The notes: generated by a model not told the origin, from the sequence alone. A DNA stretch of 17,105 nt from an uncultured archaeon (GCA_938074535.1 CALJER010000014.1:1-17105), one strand, 5' to 3'. Positions 7,212 through 15,767 are shown, numbered from the stretch's first letter. Numbers and translations are program-made.

Positions 7212-8674
7212 TTCCCCTCCCCCTTGCCCTTCCTCTCTGCCTTTCTGATGATCATCTTCTCGGCGAAGATCCTCGCGTTTTTCAGGATGATCTCAAATTC
7301 CATCCCTCCCGCTCCCGGCACGCCCACAGTAAGGGTGGGGGCCATCACCGGCACTCCCTCTGCGGGCACCCCCCCGGCGGCCTCCGCTGGGGCCTCGGCA
7401 GCCTTCTCCGCCTCCACTCCCTTCAAGCCCTTCACCCCCAGCTTTTTCAGGTCCTCGCTGGGCTCCACGATGGGGTGGTTGTGCTCTTTGAGGAAGGCCT
7501 TCAGCTCCTCGATGTTCTTCACCTCCTCCTCGGTGGGTATCTTGTCCACCACCTCCTTGGGTATGAAGTCCTTCACCCTCTCCTTGGCCTCCTTGGGAAT
7601 CCAGACCACCCTCTTCCATCCCCCGTCGGCCTGCAGGAACTTGGGGGACCTCATGTACTCGAAGGACAGGCCGTGGAAACCATCCACCTGCCTTCCTCCA
7701 GCCGTGGAATCAGCCATGGTAGAAAAAGACACCCCGTTGACCGCCGGGCCCTTGAAGTCCCTGTGCACTATCCCCAGCCCATCCACCTCGGGAATGTAGA
7801 AGGCTACGGCCTCAAAGCAACCGCAGGAGGTGTGCGGGTACCCGAAAGCCGTGTAGAGCTGCACCCTCTGGACCGCCCCCAGGCTCTTGGCCTTCACGGA
7901 CTCGTTGGCTCCCTCCCATTCACCCTTGAGGGGATCTATGACTTTCCCTATCTTGACCTCGTAGATGGAGCCCTTCGGATCTATCCTGGAGGCGGCCCTT
8001 CCGTCGAACCAGCTTATGGCACCACAGTTGGCGTACCTCTGGGGCGTGATCACGCACACGTGGGTGGGGGCGAAGGACTGGCAGAGGGTGCATCCGTAGA
8101 ACACGTCCACCTCCTCATCCTTGAGGCCCCTGGCCCTGGCATCCCTGGCGTCGTAAACTTTGATCGCCTCGGGATAAAGCCTCTCCACCTCGGCGGGATC
8201 GGTGTAGAAGGTGACCTGGACTTTCTCTATGATGGGACACTCACTGTGGTAGAGCCTGATGATCACCATCCCGAGGTGTTTCAGGGTGAAACCCTTCTGA
8301 ACCGTTTTCTTGCTCACCCTGCACCAGATGGTGTTCCTTTGGTTGAGGTGCATGAAACCCTCCACCCAGTTGGTGAAGTAGTGGAGGCGTCTCTCGAAGA
8401 CCCCTTCCATCTCCTCCTCCAGGTCCTTTCCGCTCACCTCCACCAGCATGGCAAAGGGGGTCTTGCTCCCCTCGGGTATGTCCTTTAACTCAGGGCCCAC
8501 CACCACGACCTTTCCGTCCTCCACCTGGTCGGAGGGCCTCACCCTGAGAAGCTCGAACTTGTGGGGAACATCGGGACCGCCCAGCTCCGCGTGCATGTCC
8601 CCTTTTCTTATCCTCTCTCCCTCGTAAACCACCCCCACGTCCACGGGGATGTCCGCGAACATTCCAGACTTCAT
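7208..8674 (-). CDS. cdhC: Acetyl-CoA synthase, ACDS beta subunit
   Basis: YEGERIRK, EGFMHLNQR, and A-cluster ligand motifs FYGCTLCQSFAPTHVC..CG and PHTSCGCFE; FLQADGGW. Confidence 0.98.
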   Translation of the reverse strand: MKSGMFADIPVDVGVVYEGERIRKGDMHAELGGPDVPHKFELLRVRPSDQVEDGKVVVVGPELKDIPEGSKTPFAMLVEVSGKDLEEEMEGVFERRLHYFTNWVEGFMHLNQRNTIWCRVSKKTVQKGFTLKHLGMVIIRLYHSECPIIEKVQVTFYTDPAEVERLYPEAIKVYDARDARARGLKDEEVDVFYGCTLCQSFAPTHVCVITPQRYANCGAISWFDGRAASRIDPKGSIYEVKIGKVIDPLKGEWEGANESVKAKSLGAVQRVQLYTAFGYPHTSCGCFEAVAFYIPEVDGLGIVHRDFKGPAVNGVSFSTMADSTAGGRQVDGFHGLSFEYMRSPKFLQADGGWKRVVWIPKEAKERVKDFIPKEVVDKIPTEEEVKNIEELKAFLKEHNHPIVEPSEDLKKLGVKGLKGVEAEKAAEAPAEAAGGVPAEGVPVMAPTLTVGVPGAGGMEFEIILKNARIFAEKMIIRKAERKGKGEGK

Positions 8675-9201
8675 CTTTCCAGCTCCTCCGCTATCTTCTC
8701 CAGGTTCTTATACCACTCCTCCTCCGACATGTTGGGAAAGGACCAACTACAATGAGGCTGATAAACTCTATTTAAAGATATCGTCCTGAGGTGGGGGGCG
8801 AAGGACTTCAGACCCGAGCCCATGAGCCACTCCATGTAGTAAGGACCCAGCCCGAGCATCAGCACCAGATCGTGGGGCTGCCCATCCCCATGCAGGCTCC
8901 ACTTGGGATCGGTGAGCCTGGAACATATCTCCACCATGGCCATGCGGGCGGCGGGCTGCACCCCCCTCTTCCTGAGCTCCACGGCCGCATGGGCGGTGGC
9001 CACCAAGGGGACCTTGCCGGCCCTGGCTATCCTAACCACATATTCCAAGGGCGATTTCTCCCCGTTTCCCCCTAGGGAACCCGTACCCACCACGAAAAGG
9101 GGGCGCTTGGCCCTCTTGATGAGGGCCGCCACCACCTCGGGCTTGGTGATGAGCACGGCCTTCACGGGCCCTGGAACCTCCGCCCTCTGCCACGGCTCCA
9201 T
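8671..9201 (-). CDS. cdhB: ACDS epsilon subunit
   Basis: IKRAKRPLFVVG, HDLVLMLG..YY and YQPHCSWSFPN motifs; located between cdhA and cdhC. Confidence 0.93.
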   Translation of the reverse strand: MEPWQRAEVPGPVKAVLITKPEVVAALIKRAKRPLFVVGTGSLGGNGEKSPLEYVVRIARAGKVPLVATAHAAVELRKRGVQPAARMAMVEICSRLTDPKWSLHGDGQPHDLVLMLGLGPYYMEWLMGSGLKSFAPHLRTISLNRVYQPHCSWSFPNMSEEEWYKNLEKIAEELER

Positions 9202-9202
9202 C

Positions 9203-11545
9203 TCATCCCTCCTTTGCCCTTACCAACCTGGGCACCAGGGTGGGATCGGGATTGGGGTTCTCAAATTCCTTCCATCCCTTCTCCTTCAGGAAGGCCATCA
9301 CCTCGTCCTTCATGGTCACGGGGATGTCGGCCGCCGTCCTCACAAAGAGGTGGAGGTCGTCGGGAAGCTCCCCAAAGAGCTTGCGGTGCAGGTCGATGTA
9401 GTGGTTCAGCTTCATGGATCTGCCCCTCGCCGTGTCGTTGGCCCTCATGCACAGCTTGGGGATGGCCACCATGGCCTCCTCCACGGTCTCCGCCATGAAG
9501 AAGAGGTGCTCGGGGACCGGACCCACGTAGACCTCCTTTCCCGTTCTGGCATCTATCACCTTCCAAGCCTCGGGGTCCTCCTTCCTGCCCAGCAGGGCTC
9601 TCCTGTACTTGGACCCGTGGGGCCCCACGATCACGGGAACACCCAGCCTCCAGAACCCGCTGGCTATGGAGGAAGCCTTCTGGGAGTAAGCGCCCCAGGC
9701 CACTCCCACCGCCCCTACCCTGTTGTGGATGTAGTCTGCTATCTCCTCGTAGTTGGACCTCAGCCTGCGCTTCGCGAAGATGTTGGCGATCTTGATGGCG
9801 GCACCGGCGATGTGGGAGTTGGCCACACATGAGCCGCAGTTCACTATCCCCCCGGCGTCGAAGACCCCAGGATAGGTCTCGTAGAGGCTCTGCCCGTTCT
9901 CGTCCCTGTACATCCCTATGGCCATGGCCGAGCATCCCGTGGTGCAGAGGATGTACTTCCTCCTGGCGAACTCCTCGGCTATCCTGGCCACCTCCTTCCA
10001 GCTCCCGGGGAAGTTGGAGCACCCAACTAGGGCCAGCACACCCGGGATCTCCCCCATGACGATGGGCTGGCCCACCCTCCTTATCTCCACGTCCTGGATG
10101 GCTCCCCTGCCCGCCCTCATCTTGAACCTCTCCTCCGCCGTCTCCAGCCGGTGGGCTCCCAAGATGAGGGTGTGGGGCTTTATTCCCACCGGACATATCC
10201 CCTCCTGCTCGCACCTGCCGCATCCCACGCAGGGCTCGTAGAGCTCCGAAAGGGGCTTCAGGTCGCCCTTCCCCGCCTCAGCCAGGGCCTGGGGAATGGG
10301 GAGGGTGTTGGGGCAGGCCCTCACGCACGAGAAGCAGGAGGTGCACCTCCTGGCCTCCTCCATCACCTTTTCCTCCGGTGGAATGAGGCCCATCTTCCTC
10401 CTCCTGGGGGCTATCTGCATCGCCACCCTCACCGCCACCTCTCCCGCCTTCTCCGAGTCCAAAATGGCCACGCCCGGGAGCTTGCCCTCCACCAAATCCT
10501 TCACTATTCCCTCCACGGGATCCCTGGTCCTGTCGGGCAAACCCTGGAAGTTCTTGTAGTGGGTGGTGATGAGGACGGCGTTCACCTTCTGGGCTTCCCT
10601 TAAAATATCCGCCCTTATGCACTGCTCGTCCACCATGATCACGTCTGCCACCCCTGATCTCACGAACCTGAGCTGGAAGGAGATGGGTCCCACGATCTTC
10701 GCCTTCCTGGAGTACCTGGTGAGGTCTATGGCCGTGCAGCAAATCCCGCACACCTCCACCTGGTCCTCCAGGTTCTCCCTGGCGAGGTAGTTGGCCACCC
10801 CGATGGCGGGAGGAACGTTGTGCCCTATCACCAGGATCACGGGCTTGGAGCGGTCTATCACCCCCATTCCCAGCTCCACCAGGTGCGCCTCCGGATCGGC
10901 CTTCGGGAAGCCGTAGGCGGAGATCTGGGCGATGTCCGCCACCTCCATCACCACGTGGTCGATCATGCCTGCGTGGAAGACCTTGGACTCAAAGTCGAGG
11001 TTGTCGCCCTCCTGCCCCGTGTGTGTACAGGAGAGGAGATGCACGAGTTCCGTCTCGCAGTAATCCAGCACGTCCTCCAGGTCGCCCAGCGTCCTGGGCT
11101 TTATCCCTGTGACCAGCCTGATGGTGGGGGCCTCCAGGTACACGTTTTCTCCCCCCACGTCCAGCGGATGGTCCCTCCCGTACTTCTCTATGAGCTCGTC
11201 CAGCATGTGCCTGGCGTGCCCGCAGTGCGTGGAGGCCCCTATGCAGCAGGAGAGGAGGACGATCCTGGAGAGCTGGCCGCCCATGTCTATGCCACATCCG
11301 CCCCTCTTCCCCCTGCTCAGATCACACTTCCCGAAGGTGCAGAGGCAGCAGAGGTCGCAAAAAGGCAGGTAGAAGGGTTTATACCGTCTGAGGAGCTTTT
11401 TGTCCCACTCCCGCAGGGAGGCTATGTCCGGCATGGGGGTGGGACCTTCCTCCTCCTCCCATTCCCTGACCACCCGGCCCAGGTTGAGTTCCAGTCCCTT
11501 GGCCCGAAGCCAGGGGAGCTGGAGCTCATCGGCCTTGATCCTCAT
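9203..11545 (-). CDS. cdhA: Ni-CO dehydrogenase, ACDS alpha subunit
   Basis: CDLCCLCTFGKC (D/B clusters); C-cluster ligands GHN, GICCT, DEQC, VGCSN, TGCS and GSCV; two extra 4Fe-4S motifs CTSCFSCVRACP and CVGCGRCEQ..CP. Confidence 0.98.
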   Translation of the reverse strand: MRIKADELQLPWLRAKGLELNLGRVVREWEEEEGPTPMPDIASLREWDKKLLRRYKPFYLPFCDLCCLCTFGKCDLSRGKRGGCGIDMGGQLSRIVLLSCCIGASTHCGHARHMLDELIEKYGRDHPLDVGGENVYLEAPTIRLVTGIKPRTLGDLEDVLDYCETELVHLLSCTHTGQEGDNLDFESKVFHAGMIDHVVMEVADIAQISAYGFPKADPEAHLVELGMGVIDRSKPVILVIGHNVPPAIGVANYLARENLEDQVEVCGICCTAIDLTRYSRKAKIVGPISFQLRFVRSGVADVIMVDEQCIRADILREAQKVNAVLITTHYKNFQGLPDRTRDPVEGIVKDLVEGKLPGVAILDSEKAGEVAVRVAMQIAPRRRKMGLIPPEEKVMEEARRCTSCFSCVRACPNTLPIPQALAEAGKGDLKPLSELYEPCVGCGRCEQEGICPVGIKPHTLILGAHRLETAEERFKMRAGRGAIQDVEIRRVGQPIVMGEIPGVLALVGCSNFPGSWKEVARIAEEFARRKYILCTTGCSAMAIGMYRDENGQSLYETYPGVFDAGGIVNCGSCVANSHIAGAAIKIANIFAKRRLRSNYEEIADYIHNRVGAVGVAWGAYSQKASSIASGFWRLGVPVIVGPHGSKYRRALLGRKEDPEAWKVIDARTGKEVYVGPVPEHLFFMAETVEEAMVAIPKLCMRANDTARGRSMKLNHYIDLHRKLFGELPDDLHLFVRTAADIPVTMKDEVMAFLKEKGWKEFENPNPDPTLVPRLVRAKEG

Positions 11546-11598
11546 CTTTGAGCCCAGGCACCTCCCCCCTCCTTTTTTGGCATTGAAGCTCCTTTTTT

Positions 11599-11658
11599 CA
11601 GAGCGCCATTATAAAAATTTTGCTCCGGTAGGAGCGAAACTCTTTTAAATGAGCTCTG
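11599..11658. promoter_or_regulatory. Back-to-back BRE/TATA promoters for the cdh operon (-) and the metF-like/cooC/mobA unit (+)
   Basis: Minus strand reads GCAAAAT-TTTTATAA (TATA about 11609-11616). Plus strand reads GCGAAAC-TCTTTTAAAT (TATA about 11643-11650). The two arms form an imperfect inverted repeat. Confidence 0.75.
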
Positions 11659-11678
11659 GGGAGTAAAAAGGTGGTCCG

Positions 11679-12401
11679 ACGAAGATACTGCACGAGTTCG
11701 TTCCGGGGCACAGGTTCCTGAAACTCGCCGAGGAAACGGTGGAGCTGGTGGATGGATGGAACATCACCGACAGTGCCGCCGGTATGCCAGCACCGAGTGG
11801 CACAGCCGTGGGCTGCGTGCTCAAAACCAAATACCCGGATAAAATCGTGATACCCATCTTCATCCTGCATTACAAGGGACCTGTAGAGGTGGGAGGTCTA
11901 GCCCTGGCAGCGGAAGCCGTGAACCTCGACGGACTCGTGCTCACCATGGGAGACGTCCCCAAGTACGGAGAAGCCATAAAGATGCTGAAGTCCTCGGAGG
12001 AAGCCAGGGACTTCCTGCGCGGCACGGTGCGCGTGAAGACTCTCAAACTGGGCTGTCTCCTCTCCCCCCGCCGATCGGTGGAGGAAGCCGTGGCCAGGAT
12101 AAAGGGCTGGGACTTCGCCTTCTTCATGAGGCTGGAGGAGAAGACCCTTCCTTTCCTGCGGGAAGTGGCCAGGGAATGCAGAAACCTCCGGATCCCTCTC
12201 TACGCCTACTTCCTTGTGGGAACCAAGAAGAACGAAGAAATCCTGAAGATGATCGGGTGGCCTGTCACCACCCCCATGGAGAAGGTGGAGGAGGCGGCGG
12301 GAAAACTGGAAGGCCTGGTGGATGGCATCATACCCACTTGTGCCGGAGATTACGAGGGAGACAAGGAGCTGCTGAAAAAGCTGCAGAGTTTTAGGGAGTA
12401 A
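11679..12401 (+). CDS. Divergent MetF/MTHFR-like flavoprotein (methylene-tetrahydropterin reductase-like), about 240 aa, apparent ACG start
   Basis: (M)KILHEFVP resembles the MetF FEFFPP motif; WNITDSAAG, IVIPIF and LVLTMGDVP resemble other MTHFR barrel motifs. The frame is open from 11667, and the first standard start is GTG 11739. Confidence 0.65.
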   Translation, partial: TKILHEFVPGHRFLKLAEETVELVDGWNITDSAAGMPAPSGTAVGCVLKTKYPDKIVIPIFILHYKGPVEVGGLALAAEAVNLDGLVLTMGDVPKYGEAIKMLKSSEEARDFLRGTVRVKTLKLGCLLSPRRSVEEAVARIKGWDFAFFMRLEEKTLPFLREVARECRNLRIPLYAYFLVGTKKNEEILKMIGWPVTTPMEKVEEAAGKLEGLVDGIIPTCAGDYEGDKELLKKLQSFRE

Positions 12402-12422
12402 CCCCCCACGCTCGGAAGGAAC

Positions 12423-13211
12423 TTGAGCCCGAATGAAAAGCTGGTCTTGGCCGTATCCGGGAAGGGAGGGGTGGGAAAGAGCACCCTCTCCGCCCTCCTC
12501 GTCAGGTCTCTTTCAGAGAAGGGGATAGGTCCCCTCCTGGCGGTGGACGCGAACCCTGACTCCAACCTCCCCCACCTGCTTGGAGTCCAGGCGGAGCGGA
12601 CGGTGGCCGACCTCACCTCCGAGATGAAGGAAGAGATAGAAAAGGGAACCCTTCCCCCCACCCTCACCAAGAAGGATCTGCTGGAGTACGGGATTATCAA
12701 AATCCTGAAGGAGACCCCTGCCTTCGACCTGCTGGTGATGGGGAGGGGGGAAGGGGAGGGATGCTACTGCATGGTGAACAAGCTTCTCACCGACATCCTG
12801 GACACCCTGAGCCGCAACTACAGGGTCACCATCATAGACGAGGATGCGGGACTGGAGCACCTCAGCCGGAGGACCGACAGGGACGTGGATGTGATGCTCA
12901 TCGTCACGGACCCAAGCTCCATGGGCTTCCGGACAGCCTCCAGGATAAAGGAGGTGGCCAGGGAGGTCCATCTGGAGTTCAAGCGGATGTACCTGGTGGG
13001 GAACCGCTTTTCCCCCGACCAGGTGCCCCTCCTGGAAGAGAAAGCGGCGGAGATGGGGCTGGGGGTGGGAGGCTTCCTTCCCCACGACGAGAACGTCTTC
13101 AGGCTCAACCTCCTGGGCAGGCCCCTTCTAGAGCTTCCCCCCGACAGCCCCTCCCTGAGGGCCGCGGAGGGCATCCTCTACAGGATAGGTCTTCTCGGGG
13201 ACCGGGAATGA
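12423..13211 (+). CDS. cooC: CODH/ACS nickel-insertion ATPase (CooC/AcsF family)
   Basis: SGKGGVGKST Walker A, VDANPDSNL, MGRGEGEGCYC and DEDAGLEHLSRRT motifs. TTG start follows GGAAGGA. Confidence 0.93.
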   Translation: MSPNEKLVLAVSGKGGVGKSTLSALLVRSLSEKGIGPLLAVDANPDSNLPHLLGVQAERTVADLTSEMKEEIEKGTLPPTLTKKDLLEYGIIKILKETPAFDLLVMGRGEGEGCYCMVNKLLTDILDTLSRNYRVTIIDEDAGLEHLSRRTDRDVDVMLIVTDPSSMGFRTASRIKEVAREVHLEFKRMYLVGNRFSPDQVPLLEEKAAEMGLGVGGFLPHDENVFRLNLLGRPLLELPPDSPSLRAAEGILYRIGLLGDRE

Positions 13212-13792
13212 GGCTGGCCCTCCTCATTTTGGCGGGGGGAAAGAGCGAGCGGTGGGGGAGGGAGAAGGCCCTGGTGGAGGTGGAGGGCAAGCCCCTGCTC
13301 CTGCATGTGCTCGAGAGGCTGGGTGAACTCTCGGAGGAAAGAGTGGTGTCCTGCAAGCCCGGTGTGGGGCTGAAGCTGGAGGGGGTGAGGGTGGTGGAGG
13401 ACGAATCGGAGGAGAGGGGGGCGGTGATGGGCCTGATCAGCGCCCTTCCCTTTGTGCGCAGCGACTACGTGATGGTGGTGGCCTGCGACCACCCGAGGGC
13501 CAGCCCCCTAGTGATGAGGAGGCTGGCGGAAAGGGCGGAGGGTCACGAGGGCGCGGTCCCCGTCTGGCCCAACGGGTACCTGGAGCCCCTCCACGCCGTC
13601 TACAGGACCCGCAGCCTGCTGAGGGCGGTGAGGGAGGCGGGAAGTGAGAGGAGGCTGAGGAAAATCCTGGAAGGCCTAGACATCGTTTACGTTCCGGTGG
13701 AGGAGGTGAGGGAGCTCGACCCCCAGCTCGATTGCTTTTTCAACCTCAACTCCCCCGAGGACCTTTCCAGGCTCCCTCCGCGGAGAGCCTGA
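13208..13792 (+). CDS. mobA: Molybdenum/tungsten cofactor guanylyltransferase
   Basis: ILAGGKSERWGREKAL, VVACDHP, EPLHAVY and FFNLNSPEDL motifs. ATG 13208 overlaps the cooC TGA. The upstream part of ORF 12761-13792 is spurious. Confidence 0.92.
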   Translation: MRLALLILAGGKSERWGREKALVEVEGKPLLLHVLERLGELSEERVVSCKPGVGLKLEGVRVVEDESEERGAVMGLISALPFVRSDYVMVVACDHPRASPLVMRRLAERAEGHEGAVPVWPNGYLEPLHAVYRTRSLLRAVREAGSERRLRKILEGLDIVYVPVEEVRELDPQLDCFFNLNSPEDLSRLPPRRA

Positions 13793-14879
13793 GGTCCCTG
13801 AGGAAAGCCGTGAGGTGGGAGGGACGGTGGTGGGGCATCACCACCAGCCTTATCCCCTCCGGGAAGTCTGAGCGCGAGACCACCCATCCTTTCTCCTCAA
13901 GCCCTCTCTCCAGCTCGGAGCAGCTGAGGGACTCATGCCTGAAGACCACCACGTTGAGCTCGGGCTCCACCGGCAGTTCCAGACCCTCCACCCCCCTTAT
14001 TCCCCCCGCCAGCTTCCTAGTCAGCTGCACGCACCTCCTAGCCTCCCTCCCGTCCAGGAGCTTCAGGGCTATCCAAGAAGCCGCCACGGAGGCCCCGGGC
14101 CTGGTCCCCAGCAGGGTGTGGGTCCTGCCCCCCAGATAGGGAACCTCCTCCCCCACCCTCTCCAGCCACTCCCCCTCCCTCACGAGAAGGAGGCCGGAGG
14201 GAATGGGAGCCCCACCCATCTTGTGCAGGTCGGCAGTGAGGGAGGAGACCCCTTCCACCCTGAAGTCCCATTCGTAGTCCACGGAAAGGAAGGGCAGCAT
14301 GAAACCTCCTAGGGAGGCATCCACGTGTAGAAAGCAGCCTTTCTCCGCCGCAACCTCCGCCATCTCCTCGACCGGGTCCACCAGGCCCAGGGAGGCGGTG
14401 CCCGCTGTTGCCACCACTGCCGCCGTCTCCCGATCCACCTCTTCCTCTACCTTCCTGGGGTCCGCCCTGTAGTCCTCCCCCACTCCCACGAGCGCCAGCT
14501 TGAGGCCAAGCAGGCGGCAGGCCTTTCTCACGGAGTAGTGGACGGACGCAGGGGCCACCACCTTCCTCCTCCCCGTAACCTCCCTGGCCACCCACAGGGC
14601 CATGAGGTTTCCCTCGGTTCCCCCGGAAGCGACGTAGCCCGCCGCTGCCGGGCAGGAAAAGAGCCTCCCCGCCTCCTCCACCACCTCCTCCTCCAGCTCC
14701 CTCACGCTCGGAAAGACCCTGGGGTCAAGGGCGTTGGTCTCCAGAAACCTGAGGTAGGCCCTCACCACCTCCCTTTTGGGGAGGGTGCACATGGAGGAAA
14801 AGACCCTCCCGGAGCGGTACCCCGGATCCCCCTTCCTTCTCTCCTCCAGGAACCTGAGGTAGTCCTTCCCCCTGCCCAA
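13746..14879 (-). CDS. mfnA: PLP-dependent L-tyrosine/L-aspartate decarboxylase (methanofuran and beta-alanine synthesis)
   Basis: GRVFSSMCT, ETNALDP, SGGTEGN, HYSVRKA, LHVDASLGG, ADLHKMG (PLP lysine), GTRPGA and IRLVVMPH motifs. Confidence 0.9.
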   Translation of the reverse strand: MGRGKDYLRFLEERRKGDPGYRSGRVFSSMCTLPKREVVRAYLRFLETNALDPRVFPSVRELEEEVVEEAGRLFSCPAAAGYVASGGTEGNLMALWVAREVTGRRKVVAPASVHYSVRKACRLLGLKLALVGVGEDYRADPRKVEEEVDRETAAVVATAGTASLGLVDPVEEMAEVAAEKGCFLHVDASLGGFMLPFLSVDYEWDFRVEGVSSLTADLHKMGGAPIPSGLLLVREGEWLERVGEEVPYLGGRTHTLLGTRPGASVAASWIALKLLDGREARRCVQLTRKLAGGIRGVEGLELPVEPELNVVVFRHESLSCSELERGLEEKGWVVSRSDFPEGIRLVVMPHHRPSHLTAFLRDLRLSAEGAWKGPRGS

Positions 14880-14880
14880 C

Positions 14881-15744
14881 CTATCCCCCCACCAAGTGAT
14901 CCAGGATCAGGCCTGCCACGTTCTCCTTTCTCACGGACTGCAGTCCCCTCCACCCAGGGATGGCGTTCACCTCCACCACGTACTTCTCGCCCCCTTCCCC
15001 CCTCAGGAGGTCCACCCCCGCGTACTCGCACCCCGTCACCCTGGCCGCCTTCAGGGCCATCTCCCTGCTCTCCTCGTCCGGCTCCCAGGGCTCGGGGGAA
15101 GCACCCGCCGAAACGTTCGTTTTCCACCCGCTGCCCACCCGCCTCATGCCCAGCGCCTCCTCCCCCACCACGAGGATTCGGAGGTCCCAGTTGCCGTGGG
15201 GAATGAACTTCTGCACGTAGTACACGGACCTTCCATACTCCAGCACGGAGAAGAGACGGTAGGCCAGGTCACCCTCCTTCACCCTCAGCGCGCCCGCCCC
15301 CAGGGAACCGAACAGGGGCTTCACCACCACTTCCCCGTAGCGCTCGAAGGCCTTCCTCGCCTCCGCCCTCTTCTCCGTCACCACGGTGGGAGGAACGGGC
15401 AGGCCGGCGTCCTCCAGCAGGGAGTTGGTGTAGAACTTGTCCGCACACCTCTCTATGGAGGAGGGAGGGTTCACCACCCTCACCCCCAGGTTCTCCAGGC
15501 GATGGAGCACGTCCATCCGGAAGACCAGCTGCTCCGCCGATCCCTTGGGCACCCACCTCACCAACAGGAGGTCAAACTCCTCCAGGTCCCTGCCGCCACA
15601 TGTTACCCTGGGCCTCTCCCCGAGCCTCGCCACCACCTCCTGCAGGGGGAACTCGAAGCACTCCCAGCCCCTCCTCACCGCCTCCTCCCTCAGCCTGTCC
15701 ACGTTCCAGTCAGGCTTTCCTGAGGTGAAGATGCCCAGCCTCAC
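14881..15744 (-). CDS. RimK-family ATP-grasp alpha-L-glutamate ligase, probably H4MPT:glutamate ligase (MptN-like)
   Basis: GSAEQLVFRMDVLHRL, DKFYT, VVKPLFGSLG, WKTNVSAGA, YAGVDLL and EVNAIPGW motifs; directly downstream of mch. Confidence 0.88.
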   Translation of the reverse strand: MRLGIFTSGKPDWNVDRLREEAVRRGWECFEFPLQEVVARLGERPRVTCGGRDLEEFDLLLVRWVPKGSAEQLVFRMDVLHRLENLGVRVVNPPSSIERCADKFYTNSLLEDAGLPVPPTVVTEKRAEARKAFERYGEVVVKPLFGSLGAGALRVKEGDLAYRLFSVLEYGRSVYYVQKFIPHGNWDLRILVVGEEALGMRRVGSGWKTNVSAGASPEPWEPDEESREMALKAARVTGCEYAGVDLLRGEGGEKYVVEVNAIPGWRGLQSVRKENVAGLILDHLVGG

Positions 15745-15767
15745 GCCAAGCCCCCCGGAAACCGGGG

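Noticed and set aside
2943-8488. Long plus-strand ORFs (2943-4271, 4788-6461, 7205-8488) and similar antisense ORFs elsewhere (1312-2664, 8903-9832, 14896-15723)
   Set aside because: They are shadows of well-supported genes on the opposite strand. High GC and codon bias suppress stops, and the translations are low-complexity with no motifs.
11649-11666. Tiny upstream ORF ATG-AGC-TCT-GGG-GAG-TAA in frame with the MetF-like gene
   Set aside because: Its ATG overlaps the predicted TATA box and so lies upstream of the likely transcription start.
12761-13207. Apparent 149-aa N-terminal extension of MobA
   Set aside because: It is an alternative frame inside cooC. The MobA motif LAGG begins just after ATG 13208.
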